Origin: an uncultured Alphaproteobacteria bacterium
GTDB lineage: Bacteria; Pseudomonadota; Alphaproteobacteria; Rs-D84
Assembly: GCA_934230415.1 (NCBI GenBank)
Contig: CAKQEW010000001.1
Location: 12,258-76,257, forward strand
Direction: 5' to 3'
DNA: 64,000 bases
Below, piece after piece: positions 57,070 to 64,000 of this stretch; within the stretch, counting starts at the first letter, position 1, and every line of letters begins with the position of its first letter. The position numbers and the translations under genes are program-made. A model generated the notes under the pieces. It saw nothing but the letters and a program-made list of their open reading frames with translations. It searched no databases and was not told the origin of the DNA.

Positions 57070-58695
57070 TTAATTCAGTGGTGCGCCCCAATGCTGTTGG
57101 ATACTGCGTTCTGCATCCATTGGGCTGACCAATACCTGGGGCGTCAGGATAACAACCAATGTATCACGCGTTGCCGATGTTTCACGCGATCCCGACAGCG
57201 CCATAAAGTCTGGATCACCCAAGCCATAGCGCGTATCATTATTGGTCTGTTTTTCAAACCCAGATACAACCAACATCTGGCCAGATTCCATAATAACTTC
57301 CTGCATGAAACTGCGTTCTTCAACCTCTGGCAACTGTAATGTAACCTCGCCAATTGTCTGGGTTGACATTTTCAGCAATTCACGCACAGACATACGGAAC
57401 AGCAACAAAATCTTGCCATTTTCCAAAACATTCGGCAACAGCTGCATAGAGAAACCTGTTTCCAAATCGTCCTGGTCAACCGTGCTGGATTCAACCGTTG
57501 TGAAATTACGTGATTCAAAACGTTTGATATATCCAGTGGTCTTGGTGTTATTAACAGGTGCAACACGGTTGCTGCGTGTGGTCACCCCAACGTTTGTAAC
57601 CAATGATACCTTGCCCTGCTTTGCCAACGCCTCTATCAATGCGGCACTGCCTGCGGCGCGGGCCAACGAACCATTCTTTATCTGGTCTGGGGTATATGCA
57701 CCGGCAACCGTTGACGAACCTTCTGTATGTGTGGCACCGGTCAATGCCGACACAGAATTTGACAGAACTGCGATGTTCATAGAACTGGCCTCGGTCGTGG
57801 CCAAATTATTCTTTGGATTCGCAACAATGTTCAAACCCGACGCACTGTTAATCGCCGCTGCCAGATTCAATCCAAACGCCGAATCATTTGATATAGATAC
57901 CTGCAAAACCTTGACATCAATTGTCACCAACTGGGACAGACGTTTGTTCTGGCGCGTAATATAATCACCAACACGTGCCAAAACCGATGGTGGCGCCGTC
58001 ACAGTAATTGTGCCCAAGCTGCGTGATACAGTGAAATCAGAATTATCTGATTTGCCGATAATCCCTGAAATCGCCTTTTCAATTTCATCCCATTCTTTTA
58101 ATGTGGATTCCAATGCGACCTGGTTTCCATCATCTGTCTGAACCGCGGTCTGGTATGAAACATCGGTTCCCAACGCATATAATGTAAATGTACGTGTTTC
58201 TGTTTCGTAAAACACAATGGATGTTTTGTCATAGTACCACAACAAATCCAAATCCGTTGCGACCTGGGACAACAGGCCAGACAATTTACCAGTATACGCG
58301 ACATTAATCGTCTTTTTCAATTTCTCAGAATTAACCTGGCTGTCAATCTTGACCGGGATGCCGGTAATAGAATGAATATCGTTTGCCAATACCTGTAACG
58401 TAACCGGTTCATTTAATAAAATTGTAACCCCAGTATCCGTTTCAAATTCAGATGGCAAGTTATTACGATGTTCCAACACGGTTGACTTGTTCCCCAACCA
58501 AACCCCTTCTGACATAGAAACGGTATCGCCACTGGCAACCTTGGCGCGTGGATTTTTCGCCATTTCAAACGCATCATATGCATTAATAAAATCCTGGTCC
58601 ACCGACGCGGCCACCTTGGCAGATTCGCGCACCGTACATCCCGCCAGTGCAACCGTCGCCGCGGCCAACATTAACATTCTTATTGTCTTTGTCAT
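57070..58695 (-). CDS. lipoprotein secretin of type IVb-pilus type (PilN/TcpC/BfpB-like)
   Basis: Lipobox LAGC. C-terminal secretin domain (VTIDVKVLQVS..., ...GQMLVVSGFEKQT...RDTLVVILTPQVL). Confidence 0.7.
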   Translation of the reverse strand: MTKTIRMLMLAAATVALAGCTVRESAKVAASVDQDFINAYDAFEMAKNPRAKVASGDTVSMSEGVWLGNKSTVLEHRNNLPSEFETDTGVTILLNEPVTLQVLANDIHSITGIPVKIDSQVNSEKLKKTINVAYTGKLSGLLSQVATDLDLLWYYDKTSIVFYETETRTFTLYALGTDVSYQTAVQTDDGNQVALESTLKEWDEIEKAISGIIGKSDNSDFTVSRSLGTITVTAPPSVLARVGDYITRQNKRLSQLVTIDVKVLQVSISNDSAFGLNLAAAINSASGLNIVANPKNNLATTEASSMNIAVLSNSVSALTGATHTEGSSTVAGAYTPDQIKNGSLARAAGSAALIEALAKQGKVSLVTNVGVTTRSNRVAPVNNTKTTGYIKRFESRNFTTVESSTVDQDDLETGFSMQLLPNVLENGKILLLFRMSVRELLKMSTQTIGEVTLQLPEVEERSFMQEVIMESGQMLVVSGFEKQTNNDTRYGLGDPDFMALSGSRETSATRDTLVVILTPQVLVSPMDAERSIQQHWGAPLN

Positions 58696-58742
58696 ATTGT
58701 TCTTCTCCCGATGTTCCCAGGTTTATTCTGCCCCGTGCTATA

Positions 58743-59642
58743 TTATTCTTCTGATGTTGTAATCACCAATACGCGGTTACCCTTGTAAAACTTTGCATAT
58801 GGAACGGGGGTTGCGCGTCCGAAATTACGCACCAACGCAGACGAAACGTCAACAAAGCGTCCCTTGAATACCGCGCTGGCCTCTATTGGATATTCACGTG
58901 ATGTTCCCCATACCAGGTCCCAACCTTCCTTGTCGCACCAATTCTGTAAAACCTCGCGCAATGTTTGACCACTGGCAACAACCCACGAACGGACCTGGTC
59001 CGTTAATTTTTGTGCAGGTTCTGCGTCCGCCGATGCATTAACAGACATTTCCGTGTCATCTGTGGCCGCGGTATCTGTTGCGATTGTGTTCATACCGGTC
59101 TTGGCTGCGAATGCCGCATACGCATCAGAATATTTATTGCAATTCTTGCGCCCACTGCGCGACACTGCCAGAACAGAACCACCATCATCTTCTAGCATTT
59201 CACGGTGTAACAATGGCATTTCAGAACCATTGGCGCATTCATCATCAAAGCCGACCGGAATCTGGGTCCCGTGCAACATGTTTGCACCACCAGACCAATC
59301 ACCATAACCGCCATTTGCACCCAAATTAAAATTATTTTCAACAACCAAATCTGTTCCGATTTTGGACACGATGCGAATACTGTCCGTGTCCGCCGTTTTG
59401 GCACATGCACCATCTTCGCATGCAATCTCTACATCCGCATCAGAACCTGCAATCGGCCACACCGGAACCACCGTTTGCGTTGTATCCAACACATCCGTTG
59501 TCTGGACATCCTGGTCATCATAAACCGTTGCATCCTGGGTATAGAAAACCTCACTCGTTACCACCTGGGGCAACGATTCCGCGGCAAAGCAATAGCCCGC
59601 CGCCGTTGCAAACATTGCGACAATGAATATCTTGCGGAACAT
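58743..59642 (-). CDS. secretin-associated periplasmic protein, TcpQ/PilL-like (tentative)
   Basis: Signal peptide. C-terminal region ...SWVVASGQTLREVLQNWCDKEGWDLVW...REYPIEASAVFKG.FVDVSSALV resembles TcpQ-type domains. Directly upstream of the secretin gene. Confidence 0.4.
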   Translation of the reverse strand: MFRKIFIVAMFATAAGYCFAAESLPQVVTSEVFYTQDATVYDDQDVQTTDVLDTTQTVVPVWPIAGSDADVEIACEDGACAKTADTDSIRIVSKIGTDLVVENNFNLGANGGYGDWSGGANMLHGTQIPVGFDDECANGSEMPLLHREMLEDDGGSVLAVSRSGRKNCNKYSDAYAAFAAKTGMNTIATDTAATDDTEMSVNASADAEPAQKLTDQVRSWVVASGQTLREVLQNWCDKEGWDLVWGTSREYPIEASAVFKGRFVDVSSALVRNFGRATPVPYAKFYKGNRVLVITTSEE

Positions 59643-59809
59643 AAAAACTTCCTTTCCTTGTTATTTATTGTCTTATTATAACAATTTGACCGAATCTGTG
59701 CAAGACCAAATCGCACACATGTAATTTAACTTTTGCCAAAGATAAAATCGCACGAATCGGTAAAAGATGTTATACTGGATGCAACACAAAAACAATTCAG
59801 GGGTAAAAT

Positions 59810-60355
59810 ATGTACAGCACATTGATTTTAATCGGTATTTCCATCGTAATGGTTGCCACACTGGGGATGGCGGGCGCAATGTTTTTTATTAATCGCCGCA
59901 TGCGCGATATGGCAAAAACATTGACATACCAATACAACCTGATTGTAAAAATCCAGTCCGTACTGAAAAACAAATCTGCAACAAACGCCGTCGTTGAAAA
60001 TGCAGAGGTTGTATACCAAGACCTGTTGCAAAATCTGATTCCAATTATGGCGGCAATTGATGTTATGCCCCGCCAGACGTCAGAGCACCCGTTGTGGCGC
60101 GCCCTGGGCGGGATTATGGATGAATATGCCAAGAACCCATTTGTGTTGGAAAAATTACGTCGCTGTATCAAATTAAATCCGGATGTTTCACGCAATACGG
60201 ATAATTACATGAACCGCGCCGACGCATTGTTACAGCACCTGACGGCGACCGATCCTGATGGAATTTTAACTGCAACATTTACCGACGGTTTGCTGGGACA
60301 ATCACTGACATTCTTTGCCCAGGCGCGTGCCCTGGCGGCCCAGAGTAATGATTAA
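59810..60355 (+). CDS. hypothetical membrane-anchored protein
   Basis: N-terminal TM, 181 aa. Immediately precedes sufB. Confidence 0.4.
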   Translation: MYSTLILIGISIVMVATLGMAGAMFFINRRMRDMAKTLTYQYNLIVKIQSVLKNKSATNAVVENAEVVYQDLLQNLIPIMAAIDVMPRQTSEHPLWRALGGIMDEYAKNPFVLEKLRRCIKLNPDVSRNTDNYMNRADALLQHLTATDPDGILTATFTDGLLGQSLTFFAQARALAAQSND

Positions 60356-61690
60356 ATGCCAAAACTGACAGAAAATCTTGTACGCGATATATCCGCACGC
60401 CGTGGCGAGCCAGCGTGGCTGACCGATTGGCGCGTGGCGGCGTTTCATGCATGGACAAAAATGCAAGAACCACATTGGTCCGAATTTGAATACGCACCAA
60501 TTGATTATGACGCACTGAATTATTACAACGTTGCGCGCCCGATTGATAATTCTGATTTAAAGGCAACATATGATAAAATGGGACTGCCGGAATCAGAACA
60601 ACGCGCATTACTGGGAATGGCAACCGATACCGTCATTGACAGTCGTTCTGTGCATACGTCATATTCTGATGAATTGCGCAAACGTGGGATAATATTTTTG
60701 CCATTTTCAGACGCGGTTGTTCAATACCCAGAATTGGTAAAAAAATACCTGGGATCTGTGGTGCCGGCAACCGATAATTTCTTTGCCGCATTGAATGCCG
60801 CAGTATTTTCAGATGGTACATTCGTTTATATCCCGCCACATGTTAAATGCCCAATTGACCTGGCCAGTTATTTCAGAATAGAAACGGCGAAAATCGGTCA
60901 ATTTGAACGCACACTGATTATCGCGGACCATGGCGCAGAATTATCGTATATGGAAGGATGCAGTGCCCCCCGTCGCCCCAATCACCAATTGCACAGTGGC
61001 GTTGTTGAAATTGTTGCACTGGACGGCGCACATGTAAAATATGCCACGGTTCAGAATTGGTACGCAGGCGACATACGTGATGGCAAAAACGTTGGCGGGA
61101 TTTTAAATTTTGTTACCAAACGTGGTCGCGCCGAAACAAACGCAACCATTGACTGGACCCAGGTGGAAATCGGTTCTGCGATGACATGGAAATACCCGTC
61201 AACCATACTGGCGGGCGATGGCGCACACAGTGATTTTTATTCGCTGACCATCACGCGTGGGGCGCAAATGGCCGACACCGGAACAAAAATGATTCATATT
61301 GGAAATAACACTGTTTCCAACATTGTTTCATACGGGGTCGCAACCGAACAATCCAACCAAACATTTCGCAGCCTGGTATCGTTTTCTGGTCACGGCGGAA
61401 AAAATGCGTCAAAGTGCGACACACGCATAATTGGCGATCACGCCATTGCAAACACATTACCAACAATCATTCACACAAACGCCGATAATATCCAGAGTCA
61501 CGAGGCCACGACCGGTGCCATTGACGCAAACCAATTATTGTTCTTGACCCAATCGGGAATCGCCGAAGACCAGGCAACCGCACTGATTATTGGCGCATCG
61601 GCCACACCAATATTATCACGTCTGCCGATGGAATTCTTGGTTGAATCAAAACAGCTGATTCAAATGGCATTGGCAAAATCACAGGAATAA
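60356..61690 (+). CDS. sufB: Fe-S cluster assembly protein SufB
   Basis: SufB/SufD beta-helix domain with SufB-typical GGILNFVTKRG and C-terminal region. Confidence 0.8.
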   Translation: MPKLTENLVRDISARRGEPAWLTDWRVAAFHAWTKMQEPHWSEFEYAPIDYDALNYYNVARPIDNSDLKATYDKMGLPESEQRALLGMATDTVIDSRSVHTSYSDELRKRGIIFLPFSDAVVQYPELVKKYLGSVVPATDNFFAALNAAVFSDGTFVYIPPHVKCPIDLASYFRIETAKIGQFERTLIIADHGAELSYMEGCSAPRRPNHQLHSGVVEIVALDGAHVKYATVQNWYAGDIRDGKNVGGILNFVTKRGRAETNATIDWTQVEIGSAMTWKYPSTILAGDGAHSDFYSLTITRGAQMADTGTKMIHIGNNTVSNIVSYGVATEQSNQTFRSLVSFSGHGGKNASKCDTRIIGDHAIANTLPTIIHTNADNIQSHEATTGAIDANQLLFLTQSGIAEDQATALIIGASATPILSRLPMEFLVESKQLIQMALAKSQE

Positions 61691-61693
61691 AAC

Positions 61694-62371
61694 ATGCTGG
61701 AAATAAAAAAATTATCTGTATCACTGGACGGCAAAGAATTATTGCACAACATTAATATGACGGTTGCGCGCGGGGCACGTCAATTGCTGGCGGGTCATAA
61801 TGGTTCTGGGAAATCAACCCTGGCCCAGGTTATTGCCGGCAACCCGATGTACCATGTGGATGCGGGCGAAATTATTTTTGATGGGCGCGATATAACAAAC
61901 GAAAACCCAACCACACGCGCATTGTTGGGCATATTCCTGGGGGCACAAAATGTCCCAGAAATTCCCGGTCTGACCGTGTTGTCATTTCTGAAACATTCCG
62001 CCGCCGCACACACGCATTTCAAAACGGGTCGCGATTTATCAATGGGTGAATTTTTGCAGAAATTGGAACACGTGCGCACAGAATTGAACATACCAAAAGA
62101 ATGGCTGAACCGCAGTGTGAACGTCGGTTTTTCTGGCGGTGAACGTAAACGATTGATGCTGTTGCGATTACTGATGACTGAACCCGCATTTGCAATATTG
62201 GACGAACCTGATTCCGGGGCCGACGCCGATACACAACGGCAGATTTCTGATACAATTCACAATATGCCAAACACAACATTCTTGTTTATCAGCCACCAAA
62301 CGAATTTTACAGATATGGTTGGCCCAAGCGCGATAACAACTTTGTCAAACGGTGAAATTGTGGTAAAATAG
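61694..62371 (+). CDS. sufC: Fe-S cluster assembly ATPase SufC
   Basis: Walker A GHNGSGKSTL, ABC signature SGGERKR, Walker B ILDEPDSG. SufC size. Confidence 0.85.
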   Translation: MLEIKKLSVSLDGKELLHNINMTVARGARQLLAGHNGSGKSTLAQVIAGNPMYHVDAGEIIFDGRDITNENPTTRALLGIFLGAQNVPEIPGLTVLSFLKHSAAAHTHFKTGRDLSMGEFLQKLEHVRTELNIPKEWLNRSVNVGFSGGERKRLMLLRLLMTEPAFAILDEPDSGADADTQRQISDTIHNMPNTTFLFISHQTNFTDMVGPSAITTLSNGEIVVK

Positions 62372-62396
62372 AAATCAAATAACGAAAGGATTACAT

Positions 62397-63311
62397 ATGT
62401 CAGAAAACAAATCACAATGTCTGTTGTCTTGGATTTTATGGCAACCATTAAAATTTGCGTTGATACTGCTGTGCCTGGGATTCGCGGTTATGATACCATA
62501 TGAAATTTGTATTCTGACATTGGGGCCTGTGGCGGCACAGTGGACATTGGGTGTGTTGTCTGTGGCGGCAATTGCGTATTCGTTGTATTTTCTGTTTCGC
62601 CGTCTGCCATGTGCAAATTTGGACCAACACAGTTTTATCGCCCTGGAAAATGCCCAGGCTTTTGTCCTGGCCATGGCGGTATTTGTGGCGGCATTTGCCG
62701 GGATGCAGGCCCAACGTTTTCTGTTTACATTGGCCATGATGGGAACCGCGGGTAACGTAATATTTGTCGCACTGGCGGCGGTACTGTTTGTATTTTATAT
62801 GTATTTAATTGGATTAAGTTTGGCAAATGTGTATGCAAAATTCCGGCGTGCACGCGCAATGAATATCCCAACATGGAAAATTATTTGCAGTATTCCGTTC
62901 GGTTTTAACCTGGTATGGATTCCTGGATATATAATGCCAGACGCCAAACGTACAACACCGGTAATTCCAATACATGCCGAATGGTACGAAAACCTGACAC
63001 GTTGGATTGCATCACGTGTGTCATACACCGTATTGGCATTTGTTATAATAACATTGTTTTCTGGATTTATGTTCGGCACCCAGACGATGCTGATGTCTGG
63101 AATTGCGCTGTTGGTGTTTATCATGTGGGCATACCTGGCCGGGATGACCAAATTCCGCAACAACATTGGTGGTCTGTATTCAACATTTGCGGTGTTGATT
63201 AATATCGTACTTATTGTGACACTGGGGTGGATGATTGCACGCGCACCAATTTCTGTCCCAGAAAATATGCAGATAAACATATCAGATACCATGATAACCC
63301 AGAACAACTAA
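62397..63311 (+). CDS. hypothetical polytopic membrane protein (about 8 TM)
   Basis: 304 aa, very hydrophobic. Occupies the position where sufD is normally found. Confidence 0.5.
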   Translation: MSENKSQCLLSWILWQPLKFALILLCLGFAVMIPYEICILTLGPVAAQWTLGVLSVAAIAYSLYFLFRRLPCANLDQHSFIALENAQAFVLAMAVFVAAFAGMQAQRFLFTLAMMGTAGNVIFVALAAVLFVFYMYLIGLSLANVYAKFRRARAMNIPTWKIICSIPFGFNLVWIPGYIMPDAKRTTPVIPIHAEWYENLTRWIASRVSYTVLAFVIITLFSGFMFGTQTMLMSGIALLVFIMWAYLAGMTKFRNNIGGLYSTFAVLINIVLIVTLGWMIARAPISVPENMQINISDTMITQNN

Positions 63312-63363
63312 AAAAACGCGCTATGTGCACTATTTACTGGCATACAGAACATAGAAGGACAAT

Positions 63364-64000
63364 ATGAACGGATTAGTTTTATTTATTGGCGGAATGTTTT
63401 TACTGTGGCTGGGACGGTCAATTCTAATCCCGCTGTTGGTGGCAACATTCTTGTGGTACCTGATAAATGCAATTGCAACATATTGCCGTATGATTTTGCC
63501 ATTGCATTCCAGTATTCAACGCGTTGGCAATCATTTTATTGCACGTGTATTTGATTGGGTTGCAAATATAATATCTGTGGCGGCATTGGCGGGATTATTG
63601 TATCTGTTCGCAACCCAGGTACGACCGATGTTTTCGGAATTACTGGTTGCCCTGCCCGCGATTCAACATAAACTGGTTGATTTTGGTATCGTGCTGTCCG
63701 ATGCAATCGGGGTACGTTTTGACGCATCACTGTTACCGAATGTAACAAGAATTGCCAGCAGTGTCGGTGCATCCCTGGCGGGGATTGCAACATCTGTTGG
63801 TATGATATTTATTTACCTGCTGTTTATGTTCATTGAACAAACAACATTTGATAAAAAGTTTTCTGCCCTGTTTCCAAACAAGGCGCAGTTTAAAAAGATG
63901 CGTTATATAATCGGCAGCATTGATACAAACATGAAAAAATATTTATTCATGAAGACATTAATATCTGCCGTGACCGGATTGTTATCCTATGTATGGTTAC
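63364..64000 (+). CDS. AI-2E family (PerM/YdiK-like, UPF0118) transporter, 5' part (continues beyond window end)
   Basis: Manual translation MNGLVLFIGGMFLLWLGRSILIPLLVATFLWYLINAI... Multi-TM. No stop before 64000. Confidence 0.55.
   Translation, partial: MNGLVLFIGGMFLLWLGRSILIPLLVATFLWYLINAIATYCRMILPLHSSIQRVGNHFIARVFDWVANIISVAALAGLLYLFATQVRPMFSELLVALPAIQHKLVDFGIVLSDAIGVRFDASLLPNVTRIASSVGASLAGIATSVGMIFIYLLFMFIEQTTFDKKFSALFPNKAQFKKMRYIIGSIDTNMKKYLFMKTLISAVTGLLSYVWL

Overview
This window looks like core chromosome from an AT-moderate, reduced-genome Gram-negative bacterium. Several things point to an alphaproteobacterial, possibly intracellular or symbiotic, lineage: the uvrC-pgsA pair, rpsT/plsY/dprA close to dnaA, scattered type IV secretion-like and pilus genes, and many secreted repeat or cysteine-rich proteins. 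Housekeeping genes are present throughout: fabF-acpP, lepA, rbfA, pal, ftsEX, plsC, tolB, fba, efp, ppa, dnaN, uvrC, pgsA, dnaJ, parE, folE, ogt, nrdDG, dnaA, dprA, plsY, rpsT and sufBC.

Between these sit several accessory blocks:
1. A tRNA-Pro(CGG) whose 3' end is repeated three times in tandem together with a terminator hairpin.
2. A truncated P4-type integrase homolog co-oriented with seven tandem paralogous small cysteine-rich genes of unknown function (3643-7520). This is the most striking candidate for an undescribed system.
3. Five paralogous signal-peptide surface-repeat proteins (10.7-17.2 kb). One has a collagen-like Gly-X-Y tract, the family shares a C-terminal Trp-containing motif, and there are long near-identical intra- and inter-gene repeats.
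4. A divergent pair of secreted cysteine-rich proteins with an identical ~95-aa C-terminal module.
5. A lipoprotein secretin and TcpQ-like pair resembling part of a type IVb pilus, plus a lone VirB2-like pilin and a type IV pilin-like gene.
6. A class III anaerobic ribonucleotide reductase whose glycyl-radical segment appears to be a separate 59-aa ORF.
7. A c-di-AMP cyclase (CdaA).
8. A family of GC-rich intergenic repeat elements and a recurring palindromic terminator family.

No CRISPR array or rRNA gene was seen.
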